The notes beneath the pieces were generated by a model. It did no database searches. It saw only the letters and a list, made by a program, of their open reading frames with translations, and was not told the origin of the DNA. The position numbers and the translations under genes are program-made. From assembly GCA_016869515.1 (NCBI GenBank), contig VGDZ01000009.1:1961-65960 (forward strand): a stretch of 64,000 bases of DNA, read 5' to 3'. Positions 18,529 through 28,040 of the stretch are shown one piece after another (position 1 is the first letter of the stretch; each line of letters begins with the position of its first letter). Origin of the DNA: Alphaproteobacteria bacterium (GTDB lineage: Bacteria > Pseudomonadota > Alphaproteobacteria > VGDZ01).

Positions 18529-20823
18529 CTACTTCGAGGTCGCGACGTAGACGCCGTCCCAGTTGGCCGGCGGCGGATTGGCACGGAACTCGGCGATGCG
18601 CTCGGCATAGAGATCGTACAGCCCGCCGATTTCGAACTTCTCCAACGCCGGCCGGTTCTCGGCCATCAGCGCCTCGCACGCATCCCATTGTTGGGCGCGA
18701 TAGGCGGCCAGGATGCGGTCGTGCTTTTCGCGCATGGCGCGGAACTCGGGCGTCGCCGCCACGGTCTCGTCGCCCAGCATGGTGAAGATCCGCACCGCTT
18801 CCTTCTTGCCCTTGACCGCGATCAGGTCGAGCTCCAGGCAGGCGAAGCCCGGCACCTTGACCTGCGCCGCCTCGCCCAGCACCGTCAGGACGCCATAGGT
18901 CTTGGACTGGCCCTCCAGCCGGCTGGCCAGGTTGACGGTGTCGCCCAGCACCGAATAGTCGAAGCGCTGGCTCGAACCCATGTTGCCGACGCAGCAGATG
19001 CCGGTGTTGATGCCGACGCCGATCTTGAGGGCGTTGAACTTGCGACCGGTGGCCTTGGCCTCGGCCTCAAGCTCGGCGTTGAGCGTATCCATCGCCTTGA
19101 ACATGCCCAGCGCCGAGCGGCAGGCGGCGGCGGTGTGATCCTTGACGTCGACCGGCGCGTTCCAGAACGCCATGATGGCGTCGCCCATGTATTTGTCGAT
19201 GGTGCCCTTGTGCGAAAGGATGAGGTTGGTGCAGGGCTCGAGGAAGCGGTTGATCAGCCGGGTCAGGCCCTCGGGGTCGGTCTTGTATTGCTCGGAAATG
19301 GTGGTGAAGCCGCGCACGTCCGAGAACATCAGCGTCATCTCGCGCATTTCGCCGCCGAGCTTGAGCCGGTCCGGATCCTGCGCCAGCTGCTCGACCAGGG
19401 CCGGCGACAGATAGCGCGCGAAGGCGCCGCGCACCTGCTCGCGCTCGGCCTGTTCCTTGGCGTAGTTGGCGTAGGTCACCAGGGTGTAGATCAACAGCGC
19501 CGCGATCACCGGGTAGGCGGCGTCGAACAGCATCTTGTGGCCGACGAACAGATACCACGAGGTCGCGCACAGGCCGGCGACGATCACCCCGAACATCAGC
19601 ACCGTCCAACGCGCGCCGATCAGCGGCAGCAGGAAGATGATCAACAACCCCGAAATCAGCAGCGCCACCCACTCGCCGGTCAGCAGATACCAGGGCCTGG
19701 TCAAGAAGCCGCCGCCCAGCGCCTGCTCGATCATCATGGCGTGGATTTCGACTCCGGGAATGGCGCGGTCGACCGGGGTGGCGCGAATATCCTTGAGGCC
19801 TTCGGCCGAAGTGCCGATCAGGACGAAGCGCCGGCCCAGCACGTCGGGCGGGACTTTCCCCGCCATGACATCGCGCGCCGAGACGTAGCGCGCGGGGTCG
19901 TGCTGGGCGAAATGCAGCAGGATGCGGCCGTTGATGTCGGTCGGGATCGCCGGCAGGCCTTGGACGAAGATGCTCTCGATCCCGGTCGGATTGGAACGCA
20001 GTCCGACCGCAGACTGGCCGAGCGCGACGCGCAGCATCTCCACGCCGAGGGTGACGTAGAGATGGCCGTCGCTGGCGACCGCCGCCGGAAGGCGCCGGAC
20101 AATGCCGTCGACCTCGGGATTGACGCTGAACAGGCCGCGGCCGGACGCCGCTTGATCGAGCGGCGGGATGTTGCGCACCACGCCCTCGAAGTTGAGCAGC
20201 TTGGGGCGCGGATTTCCGCCCAATTCGGCGACCGCGGTACGCACCGCCGATTCCTGCACCGGCACCTTGTTGGGCGTCGCCGCCTGGCCGAGCACAGCGC
20301 GGCTGGTCTTGAGCACTTGGGCGAAGACGGCGTCGGTATCGGGCAGGCCGCGCAGCGATTCGACCGCCTTGTCGTCCAGCACCGAAAAGGATTCCGCCAG
20401 GCGCGGCGGCGACATGCGGTCGGGATCGGCGAAGACAATGTCGAAGCCGACCGCGAAGGGCTGGTAGCGGTTGATCTGCTGCAGAAGGCGGGCCACGGTC
20501 GAGCGCGGCCAGGGCCACTGGCCGATCTCGGCCAGGCTTTCCTCGTCGATATCGACCACCATCGCCATCCGCGGCGGCAGGTTCTTGGCCTTGAGCGCGG
20601 CGTTGAGATCGGCCGGACTGAAGCGATGATAGGAGTCGAACACGCGCTGGCGCAGCACGTCGATCGCCTCGATATCGGACGCTTGCACGCCGACCATGAA
20701 CAGGAGCAAGGCAAGGATCGCGCTTTGCGCCGAAAGCACCCTCTTGGCGATGCGCTTGAGCAGGCTCGGCGATTTGCCGCGCTTGGGCGCGGCGGCGGGT
20801 GCGGGCAGAGCTTCGGCGGTCAT
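18529..20823 (-). CDS. CHASE2 sensor domain-containing class III adenylate/guanylate cyclase
   Basis: Start MTAEALPAPAAAPKRGKS at 20823; the long upstream ORF extension is low complexity and rejected. N-terminal TM, a periplasmic CHASE2-like region, C-terminal TM helices, then the cyclase core (MTLMFSDVRGFT...GDAIMAFWNAP...GDTVNLASRLE). Confidence 0.75.
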   Translation of the reverse strand: MTAEALPAPAAAPKRGKSPSLLKRIAKRVLSAQSAILALLLFMVGVQASDIEAIDVLRQRVFDSYHRFSPADLNAALKAKNLPPRMAMVVDIDEESLAEIGQWPWPRSTVARLLQQINRYQPFAVGFDIVFADPDRMSPPRLAESFSVLDDKAVESLRGLPDTDAVFAQVLKTSRAVLGQAATPNKVPVQESAVRTAVAELGGNPRPKLLNFEGVVRNIPPLDQAASGRGLFSVNPEVDGIVRRLPAAVASDGHLYVTLGVEMLRVALGQSAVGLRSNPTGIESIFVQGLPAIPTDINGRILLHFAQHDPARYVSARDVMAGKVPPDVLGRRFVLIGTSAEGLKDIRATPVDRAIPGVEIHAMMIEQALGGGFLTRPWYLLTGEWVALLISGLLIIFLLPLIGARWTVLMFGVIVAGLCATSWYLFVGHKMLFDAAYPVIAALLIYTLVTYANYAKEQAEREQVRGAFARYLSPALVEQLAQDPDRLKLGGEMREMTLMFSDVRGFTTISEQYKTDPEGLTRLINRFLEPCTNLILSHKGTIDKYMGDAIMAFWNAPVDVKDHTAAACRSALGMFKAMDTLNAELEAEAKATGRKFNALKIGVGINTGICCVGNMGSSQRFDYSVLGDTVNLASRLEGQSKTYGVLTVLGEAAQVKVPGFACLELDLIAVKGKKEAVRIFTMLGDETVAATPEFRAMREKHDRILAAYRAQQWDACEALMAENRPALEKFEIGGLYDLYAERIAEFRANPPPANWDGVYVATSK

Positions 20824-20834
20824 GCCCCGCCAGT

Positions 20835-21869
20835 CTAGCCGTCCTGGCGTTGGGCCAGCAACAGCCGTGCCGCGCGCCACAGCCGCCACAGATCCAGGGG
20901 GGCGCCCGGACCGGGTTCGACATGGACCAGCGATTGGATCAATTCCAGCCGCGCCTGGCCGAGCGGTACCGCCGCCGCCAGCTTGACGCTTTCCTCCGTC
21001 GGCACGATCGGATCGTCGCGGCCGTGAACCAGGATCAGGCGCGGCCGCAGCCGCGACAAGTCTTTCCCGGCCAGAGTCAAGGCGGCGAGATCGGATTTCA
21101 GCGCATCGGGCAGGGCGGCGATGCGTTCGGCGGTCTGCCGCGGATCGCGGTTGTCGAGCAGCGCCAGTACCGACCTGCCTTCGGTGCCCAAACCCGCCGC
21201 AAGATCGTGGATCGGCGCACCGGCATCGGCCAGGCGGCGCCGCGCCGCCGCAACCAGCCGCTCGCCGTCGGCCGGCGGCAAACGATGGCTGTTGGCCAGG
21301 GCGAAATACCACTTTCCTCGCAGCTCGTTGGGGCCGGCTGTGAAATGGCCGATCACCGCCTCGAGATCGTAATAGGCGCCAAGCGCGAACACGAAATCGA
21401 GCCGCGCGCCAAGCTCGGGATCGAGCGCCGCCAAAAGCGCGGGCCCCGCGGCATAGGAGATGGCGGCCATGCCGACGCCGCGACCGGGCCCGGCCTCGCT
21501 TGCGAGCCGCAGCGCCTCGGCCCGCACCGTCGCTACGTCTTCAGGCAAAGCGCGCAAGGTCCGGAAGTTGACCAGGTCCGGCACCACGACCAGAAACCCG
21601 CGACGCGCCAAGGCCGTAGCCATCTTGGTCAAATGCGGCTCGTCGCGGCCGCTGGTGTGCAGGCCGGGCATGAGCAGGATCGCGCCCCGCGGCGTACCCG
21701 GCGGGCGGTAGCGATCGCGCGTCGCTTCGCGCTCGCGGGCGATCGGCGTGCCGCCGCCGCGCAGCAGCTCCCACACCAGCCGCGCCGCATCGACGCCGTC
21801 CTCGAACTGGCGCGGCCAGCAGCCGCCAAGCGCCAAGACCAGCGCCAACAGCGCAGCCAGGCGCTTCAT
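20835..21869 (-). CDS. Alpha/beta hydrolase-like lipoprotein
   Basis: Lipoprotein signal MKRLAALLALVLALGGC, then a hydrolase-fold body (LLMPGLHTSG..., HGRDDPIVP). Ends 12 nt before the cyclase start, suggesting an operon. Confidence 0.55.
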   Translation of the reverse strand: MKRLAALLALVLALGGCWPRQFEDGVDAARLVWELLRGGGTPIAREREATRDRYRPPGTPRGAILLMPGLHTSGRDEPHLTKMATALARRGFLVVVPDLVNFRTLRALPEDVATVRAEALRLASEAGPGRGVGMAAISYAAGPALLAALDPELGARLDFVFALGAYYDLEAVIGHFTAGPNELRGKWYFALANSHRLPPADGERLVAAARRRLADAGAPIHDLAAGLGTEGRSVLALLDNRDPRQTAERIAALPDALKSDLAALTLAGKDLSRLRPRLILVHGRDDPIVPTEESVKLAAAVPLGQARLELIQSLVHVEPGPGAPLDLWRLWRAARLLLAQRQDG

Positions 21870-21872
21870 CGT

Positions 21873-22811
21873 TCAGCCGCCGAGCGCGCGCGCCAACCTG
21901 CCGCCGAGGCGCGCGTTGTCGATCGCAAGCGCGCGATTGCAGGCCACGGTGGCGCCGGCGGATTCGCGGTGCAGGAACTTGAGCAAATAGGGCGTGGTGG
22001 CGGGGCCGGCGACGCCTTCGCGCGCCGCCGCCTCGAGCGCACGGCCAAGCCAGGCTTCGATGCGATCGCGCGGCAAAGCATGTTCGGGCGGCGGCGGGTT
22101 GGCGATCAGCACTCCGCCGAGGCCGAGGTCGAGATGGGTCGAGACCAATCGCGCCAGGGCGCGTTCGTCGTCGCAGCGTTGCGCCAGTCCGAGGCCGACA
22201 TCGGCGCAATAGAATCCGGGAAAGCGGTCGGTGCGCCAGCCGATCACCGGCACGCCCAACGTCTCCAACATTTCCAAGGTCGCCGGCAAGTCGAGAATGA
22301 TCTTGGCGCCGCTGGCGATCACCGCCACCGGCTCGCGCGCGAGCACCGGCAGATCGGCCGAGACGTCCGTGGTCGCGCCGCGATGCACGCCGCCGATGCC
22401 GCCGGTGGCGAAGACCCTTATGCCCGCGCGCGCCGCCAACACCGCGGTGGCGGCGACGGTGGTGGCGCCGGAACCGCCGCTGGCCATGAGAGACGCCAGG
22501 TCGCGGCTCGACGCCTTGCGCAAGGACGGATCCGAAGCCACCCGCGCCAGCTCGGACTCGCCGAGCCCGATCTTCACCCGCCCGTCGAGCACGGCGATGG
22601 TTGCGGCCACGGCCCCGGTCTCGGCGACCGCCGCTTCCATCGCCCGACCGACGGCGAGGTTGTCGGGCGGCGGGAAGCCGTGCGCGACAATGGTCGATTC
22701 CAGCGCCACCACGGCACCGCCGCTTGCCAAGGCCTCGGCGACGCGCGGCGCATAGTCGAAACGGTCCTTGCCGGCTGCGGTCATCATCCTAGTATAGCGC
22801 CGCATGAGCAT
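21873..22811 (-). CDS. psuG: Pseudouridine-5'-phosphate glycosidase
   Basis: Indigoidine synthase A-like family. Motifs VVALESTIVAHGFP, ATGGIGGVHRG and GVPVIGWRTDRFPGFY. Length 312 aa. Confidence 0.8.
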   Translation of the reverse strand: MLMRRYTRMMTAAGKDRFDYAPRVAEALASGGAVVALESTIVAHGFPPPDNLAVGRAMEAAVAETGAVAATIAVLDGRVKIGLGESELARVASDPSLRKASSRDLASLMASGGSGATTVAATAVLAARAGIRVFATGGIGGVHRGATTDVSADLPVLAREPVAVIASGAKIILDLPATLEMLETLGVPVIGWRTDRFPGFYCADVGLGLAQRCDDERALARLVSTHLDLGLGGVLIANPPPPEHALPRDRIEAWLGRALEAAAREGVAGPATTPYLLKFLHRESAGATVACNRALAIDNARLGGRLARALGG

Positions 22812-23832
22812 GGGCGCGCGCGCACGCTACGACAGACGGACCATGGCGCTGATCTTCGCCGGTTCGGCCGCGATCGGCGCCCTGGTCGGCTGGTTCGTCG
22901 GCGGCCGCGACGCCGGCGCCATCGGCCAGGGAGTGGCCACCGGCCTGTTGATCGCGCTCGGCTTGGCGGCGCTCAATTACCTGCAACAGCGGTCGTGGCT
23001 GCAGCGCGTCGCGCGCTGGCCGATGCTGGGGCGATTGCTGGCGATGTCGCTGCTTTATGGCCTGGTCATCGTCAGCGCGATCCGCATCGCCGATGCGGTG
23101 GTGACGCGGACCTATGTCGACGTGCGGATGTCGGATCCCGCCCTGTTCCGGATCGTGCTGGTCAGCGTCGCGGCCGCGATCGCAGTGAACCTGGTCTTGA
23201 TGATCGTCGACATGCTGGGGCCGCGGGCGCTGCTCAATTTCGTCACCGGGCGCTATCACCGCCCCAGGGTCGAACCGCGTTTTTTCCTGTTCATCGATCT
23301 GGCGGATTCGACCGCGCTGGCCGAGCGGCTGGGCGCGGTCGCATTTTTGCGGCTGCTGGACGCTTGGTTGGGCGAGGTTGCGGTTGCGGCCGCGAGCTGC
23401 AAGGGCGAAATCTACAAATATGTCGGCGATCAAGCGATCGTAACCTGGAAAGCGGCGGAGGGCGCGGCCGAAGGACGGGCGGTCGCCTGCGCACCCCTGC
23501 TGCGGGCCGCATTGGCCAAACAGGCCGCGCGCTATCGCGCCGAGTTCGGCACCGTGCCGGAATTCCGCGCTGCGCTCCATTTCGGGCCGGCAGTGGTGGG
23601 CGAACTCGGCAGCGTCAAGCGCGAGATCGCCTTTCTCGGCGATACCGTCAACGTCGCCGCCCGGCTGGAGCAACACGCCCGTGACATTGGCCGCCATTAC
23701 CTGATCTCGGCCGAGGCGCTGGCTGCATTGGCCCTGCCGCCAAGCTTGAAGGCGGAGGCCCTGCAAGAGGCGACGTTCAGGGGGCGGGCCCAGCCGACGC
23801 GGATTTTCGCCATCGAGGAGTCGGCGGCATGA
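22804..23832 (+). CDS. Membrane-anchored class III adenylate/guanylate cyclase
   Basis: About 5 TM helices in the N-terminal 150 aa, then a cyclase domain (FFLFIDLADSTALAE...KYVGDQAIVTW...GDTVNVAARLE). Divergent from psuG. Confidence 0.7.
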   Translation: MSMGARARYDRRTMALIFAGSAAIGALVGWFVGGRDAGAIGQGVATGLLIALGLAALNYLQQRSWLQRVARWPMLGRLLAMSLLYGLVIVSAIRIADAVVTRTYVDVRMSDPALFRIVLVSVAAAIAVNLVLMIVDMLGPRALLNFVTGRYHRPRVEPRFFLFIDLADSTALAERLGAVAFLRLLDAWLGEVAVAAASCKGEIYKYVGDQAIVTWKAAEGAAEGRAVACAPLLRAALAKQAARYRAEFGTVPEFRAALHFGPAVVGELGSVKREIAFLGDTVNVAARLEQHARDIGRHYLISAEALAALALPPSLKAEALQEATFRGRAQPTRIFAIEESAA

Positions 23833-25067
23833 AGCGCCTGTTGGCGACCGTGTTCCTGCCCTTCGCCCTCGGCTACTACCTGTCCTACACGCTGCGCACC
23901 GCCAACGCCATGATCGCTTCCGATCTGTCGCGCGAGTTCGGGCTGACCGCGGGCGATCTCGGTTTTCTCACCGCATGCTTCTTTCTGGCGGTGGCGGGGT
24001 TCCAGATTCCGCTGGGCGTACTGCTGGATCGGTTCGGGCCGCGACGGGTGCAAGCGGCGCTGATCCTGTTCGGCGCGGCCGGGACGCTGCTGTTCGGAAT
24101 GGGTCAGTCGTTGGCCGATCTGGCTCTGGCCAGGGCGATGATCGGCATCGGTTTTGCCGGCGGCCTGATGGCGGCCTTCAAGGTGATCGTGTTGTGGTTC
24201 CCGCGCCAGCGGGTGCCGGTGCTCAACATCCTGTTCATGGGTTTCGGCGGGTTGGGTCTGCTGTCTTCGTCGGCTCCGGCGGCCTGGGTGGTAGGCGAAA
24301 TCGGCTGGCGGGGATTGTTCTGGATCTTGGGCGCGATGGGCGTGGCGGTGGCGGCGCTGATCTTCCGCTTGGTGCCGGAGACGCCGCAGGCCGCGCGTCC
24401 GTCCAGCCTCTTGGGCAGCCTGCGCGGCGTCGGGCGGATCTACGGCGATCCATTGGTCAGGCGAGTGGCGCCGGCCGCCTGTCTGGTCAACGGCATGATG
24501 ATGGGCTTGACCGGGCTGTGGTCGGGGCCCTGGCTGCGCGATGTCGGCGGCTTCGACCGCAGCGGAGTCGCCGCTGGCCTTACCGGCATCGCCCTGGCGG
24601 CGATCTGCGGCTATCTGGCCGGAGCCTGGGCGGTCGATCGCCTGACGCGGCGCGGGGTATCGCTGGTGCGCATGTTCGGCGTCGGGTCGGCGATTTATGT
24701 GCTGCTGGTGGCGGCGTTGGCCGTGGTGCCGCCGGCCATGGGCGTGGTGGTTTGGCTGGGTCTTGCTTTCATGCTCAACGTACCGGCGCTGGTGTTCACC
24801 ATCCTCAGCCAGCATTTCCCGCCCGATTATGCCGGACGCGCGGTGACCGGGGTCAACGTGCTGGTATTCGCCGGCGCTTTCGCCGTGCAGTCGGGCTTCG
24901 GCTGGGTGGTCGGGTTGTGGCCCCAGGATGCGATCGGCGGACAATATCCGGCCGAGGGCTACGCGGCGGGCTTCATGGCCACGGCCCTGTTGCCGGCAGT
25001 CGCGCTGTTGTGGCTTTGGATTTATCGCCCGGCTGGCGGTAGCGAGGCGCGGCCGACCGAGAGATAA
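23829..25067 (+). CDS. MFS transporter
   Basis: 12-TM profile with the MFS motif GVLLDRFGPRR after TM2. ATGA overlap with the cyclase gene. Confidence 0.75.
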   Translation: MKRLLATVFLPFALGYYLSYTLRTANAMIASDLSREFGLTAGDLGFLTACFFLAVAGFQIPLGVLLDRFGPRRVQAALILFGAAGTLLFGMGQSLADLALARAMIGIGFAGGLMAAFKVIVLWFPRQRVPVLNILFMGFGGLGLLSSSAPAAWVVGEIGWRGLFWILGAMGVAVAALIFRLVPETPQAARPSSLLGSLRGVGRIYGDPLVRRVAPAACLVNGMMMGLTGLWSGPWLRDVGGFDRSGVAAGLTGIALAAICGYLAGAWAVDRLTRRGVSLVRMFGVGSAIYVLLVAALAVVPPAMGVVVWLGLAFMLNVPALVFTILSQHFPPDYAGRAVTGVNVLVFAGAFAVQSGFGWVVGLWPQDAIGGQYPAEGYAAGFMATALLPAVALLWLWIYRPAGGSEARPTER

Positions 25068-26347
25068 CGGAAGCCGCGTGCCGCCATGTCGGCCGGGCTG
25101 TAGATGTTGCGCAAATCGACCACCAGCGGCGTCTTGAGCAGGGACTTGGCCCGGCCGAGATCGAGCGCACGGAACTCGTTCCACTCGGTCAGGATCAACA
25201 GCGCATCGGCCCCGGTCATCGCCGCATAGGGGCTGTCGCAATAGGTCAGGTCGGGCATCAACTTGCGGGACTCGTCCATGCCCTGCGGGTCGAACGCCCG
25301 CACCGTCGCACCGGCCGCGACCAGCATCGGCAGTATGTCGAGGCTGGCGCTTTCGCGCATGTCGTCGGTGTTGGGCTTGAAGGTCAGCCCGAGCACGGCC
25401 ACGGTCTTGCCCTTGACCGAGCCGCCGGCGGCGGCGATCAACCGCCCGGCCATGGCGCGTTTGCGCGACTCGTTCACCGCCACGGTTGCCGCGACGATGC
25501 GCGAGGGTGTCCCGGCTTGGTCGGCGATCGCCACCAAGGCGCGGGTATCCTTGGGAAAGCACGAGCCGCCGAATCCCGGGCCCGGATGAAGGAACTTGCG
25601 GCCGATGCGGCCATCGAGACCGATGCCGCGGGCGACGTCGTGAACGTCGGCACCGACCTTTTCGCATAGATCGGCCATTTCGTTGATGAAAGTGATCTTG
25701 GTGGCGAGAAAGGCGTTGGCGGCGTATTTGATCAGCTCGGCGGTCTCGATGCCGGTGAACAGCACCGGGGTCTCGATCAGGAACAGCGGCCGGTAAAGCT
25801 CGCGCAGCACGGCGCGGGCGCGCTCGCTCTCGGCCCCGACCACGACCCGATCGGGGCGGCGGAAATCCTCGATCGCCGCGCCCTCGCGCAGGAATTCGGG
25901 ATTGGAGGCGACGTCGATCGCAAGGTCGGGCCGCGCCTCGCGCAGGATGCGCAAAACCTCGCGGCCGGTGCCGACCGGCACGGTCGATTTGGTTATGACC
26001 ACCGTCGGATGGCGCAGCGCGCGGGCAATGTCGCGGGCGGCGGCATGGACGTAGGTCAGATCGGCCTGGCCGTCGCCGCGCCGGGACGGCGTGCCGACGG
26101 CGATGAACACCGCCTCGGCGCCGTCGACCGCACGGGCCAGATCGGTGGTGTAGGCCAGGCGCTTGGCCTTGACGCTGGCGGCGACCAATTCGTCCAGCCC
26201 GGGTTCGTAGATCGGGATCTCGCCGCGTTCGAGACGTGCGATCTTGTCGGCATCGGTGTCGACGCAAACGACGTCGTGGCCGAACTCGGAAAAACAGGCG
26301 CCCGACACCAACCCGACATAGCCGGCCCCGACCATGGCGATGCGCAT
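25022..26347 (-). CDS. ugd: UDP-glucose 6-dehydrogenase
   Basis: MRIAMVGAGYVGLVSGACFSEFGHDVVCVD Rossmann start, then the catalytic GGSCFPKD cysteine motif. Length 441 aa. Confidence 0.9.
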   Translation of the reverse strand: MRIAMVGAGYVGLVSGACFSEFGHDVVCVDTDADKIARLERGEIPIYEPGLDELVAASVKAKRLAYTTDLARAVDGAEAVFIAVGTPSRRGDGQADLTYVHAAARDIARALRHPTVVITKSTVPVGTGREVLRILREARPDLAIDVASNPEFLREGAAIEDFRRPDRVVVGAESERARAVLRELYRPLFLIETPVLFTGIETAELIKYAANAFLATKITFINEMADLCEKVGADVHDVARGIGLDGRIGRKFLHPGPGFGGSCFPKDTRALVAIADQAGTPSRIVAATVAVNESRKRAMAGRLIAAAGGSVKGKTVAVLGLTFKPNTDDMRESASLDILPMLVAAGATVRAFDPQGMDESRKLMPDLTYCDSPYAAMTGADALLILTEWNEFRALDLGRAKSLLKTPLVVDLRNIYSPADMAARGFRYLSVGRASLPPAGR

Positions 26348-26356
26348 GGCCGTTCC

Positions 26357-27277
26357 CTACCGCGCGCCGCCGGGGCGCTTGGGTTTGCGGCGGCCCTCGA
26401 ACATCCCGCGCAAATAGCTTTCCAATCCGGCGCCGAGATCCTCGCGCGCCAGCGCGAAAGCCAAGGTCGCCTGCAGGAATCCAAGTTTGTCGCCGCAATC
26501 GAAGCGCTCGCCCTCGAAGCGCAGGCCGTGGAACGGGCCGTGGCCGATCATCTTGGCCAGCGCGTCGGTCAGCTGCACCTCGCCGCCCGCGCCTTTGCGG
26601 TGCGCGGCCAGATGATCGAACACCTCGGGCATCAGCACATAGCGGCCGATCACGCACAGCGTCGAGGGCGCCTTTTCCGGCGCCGGCTTTTCGACGATGC
26701 CGGTGACCTCGGCCAGGCGGCCATCGTCCTTGCCGGGCGCGATCACGCCGTAGCGCGACACCTGATCGCGCGGCACGTCCATCACCGCCACGACATTGCC
26801 GCCGACCTTGGCCTGGGCATCGACCAGCTGCTTGAGGCAGGGCGAGTCCGACAGCACCATGTCGTCGGCCAGCAATACCGCGAACGGCTCGTCGCCGACC
26901 AGATGGCGCGCGCACCAGACGGCGTGGCCGAGTCCGAGCGGCTCCTGCTGGCGGGTATAGGCGACCTGTCCCGGCCTGGGCAGCCAGGCGCGCATGGCAT
27001 CGAGCATGTCCTTGCGGCCCTTGGCCTTGAGATTGTCCTCGAGTTCGAAGGAGAAGTCGAAATGATCCTCGATCGCCTGCTTGCCGCGCCCGGTGACGAA
27101 GATGAATTCCTCGATGCCGGCCGCCGCCGCCTCCTCGACCGCGTAGTGAATCAGCGGCTTGTCGACCACGGTCAGCATTTCCTTGGGCATGGCCTTGGTC
27201 GCCGGCAGGAAGCGCGTGCCGAGGCCGCCGACCGGGAACACCGCCTTGCGAATGCGTGATTTCATCCGGGAATCCAA
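26357..27277 (-). CDS. galU: UTP-glucose-1-phosphate uridylyltransferase
   Basis: KAVFPVGGLGTRFLPATKAMPKEMLTVVDKPLIHYAVEEA is the canonical GalU N-terminus. The true start is probably the internal MKSRIRKAV. Confidence 0.9.
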   Translation of the reverse strand: MDSRMKSRIRKAVFPVGGLGTRFLPATKAMPKEMLTVVDKPLIHYAVEEAAAAGIEEFIFVTGRGKQAIEDHFDFSFELEDNLKAKGRKDMLDAMRAWLPRPGQVAYTRQQEPLGLGHAVWCARHLVGDEPFAVLLADDMVLSDSPCLKQLVDAQAKVGGNVVAVMDVPRDQVSRYGVIAPGKDDGRLAEVTGIVEKPAPEKAPSTLCVIGRYVLMPEVFDHLAAHRKGAGGEVQLTDALAKMIGHGPFHGLRFEGERFDCGDKLGFLQATLAFALAREDLGAGLESYLRGMFEGRRKPKRPGGAR

Positions 27278-27342
27278 GCTGACGAAGGAAACGAAAGGCG
27301 GGGGCTACATGCCATGTCCGGCCGAGCGAGGCAATGGCCGCC

Positions 27343-28038
27343 TCAGTTGCCGAGCAGGAGATCCTTGGCCTGGTTGATCTTGGCGGCAAGATAATCCGAA
27401 CCGCCGGCGTCCGGATGCACGTTGCGCATCAGCCGGCGATGCGCCTCGCGCACCGCCGCATCGTCCGCGCCGGGCTCGAGACCCAGCACCCGATAGGCTT
27501 CTTCGCGAGTCATTCCGCCAGGCTCGGCCGCCCGGCCGGCCGTCTCGGCCGTCTCGGCCGAGCGCCAGTCGGGGTGGGCGCGATCGAGAAAGGCCGCGCA
27601 CAGCCGTTCCCCTTCGGCATCGGCCGACCGCAATTCGCCCATCAACGCCAGCGCCTCGCCGAGCGTGAGATCGGCCAGGCGCCGGCCGGCGAAACGCCCC
27701 TGCAGCACTTCGCCCTCGATCAATCCGCTGTCGTGATCGAGGGTCATCTTCAGGAAGGGCGTGGCGACTTCGGACAGCTGGCCCGGCGAGGCGGTCGAAG
27801 CGCCGGTGCCGAAGAACCAAGGCTTGCGCAACAGCGGCAGGACCAAGCCCGAAGCCACCGCGGCGGCAAGACCGGCACGGCCGGTCAGGCTGAGATAGAG
27901 CGCACCGAGGCCAAGGCCGCCGATCGCCATCCAGCGCAGGCCCTTGGCCAGGGCGCGCGGATCGGCGCCGGCAAAACCGCGCGCCAGCAGCACCAACACC
28001 GCCAGCGCCGCGAGACCGCCCAGCAGCCACAGCACCAT
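27343..28038 (-). CDS. Membrane-anchored J-domain protein (DjlA-like architecture)
   Basis: Start [21 protein letters not shown] at 28038. Two N-terminal TM helices and a C-terminal J domain with an HPD motif ([49 protein letters not shown]). The longer ORF-track start is an unsupported extension. Confidence 0.65.
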   Translation of the reverse strand: MVLWLLGGLAALAVLVLLARGFAGADPRALAKGLRWMAIGGLGLGALYLSLTGRAGLAAAVASGLVLPLLRKPWFFGTGASTASPGQLSEVATPFLKMTLDHDSGLIEGEVLQGRFAGRRLADLTLGEALALMGELRSADAEGERLCAAFLDRAHPDWRSAETAETAGRAAEPGGMTREEAYRVLGLEPGADDAAVREAHRRLMRNVHPDAGGSDYLAAKINQAKDLLLGN

Positions 28039-28040
28039 GG

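Noticed and set aside
16014-18608. 864-aa minus-strand ORF opposite threonine dehydratase and TolC
   Set aside because: Gly/Arg/Asp/His-rich with no domain signatures. The plus-strand genes have PLP and TolC motifs and proper signal peptides.
20824-21312. 163-codon N-terminal extension of the CHASE2-cyclase ORF
   Set aside because: Low-complexity (AAGCGGAAPPGRCRC...). It overlaps the upstream hydrolase gene. A clean start MTAEAL at 20823 lies 12 nt after the upstream stop.
23697-27389. 1230-aa minus-strand ORF overlapping MFS, ugd and galU
   Set aside because: Runs through three independently supported genes in other frames. Composition is dominated by R, G, P and A.
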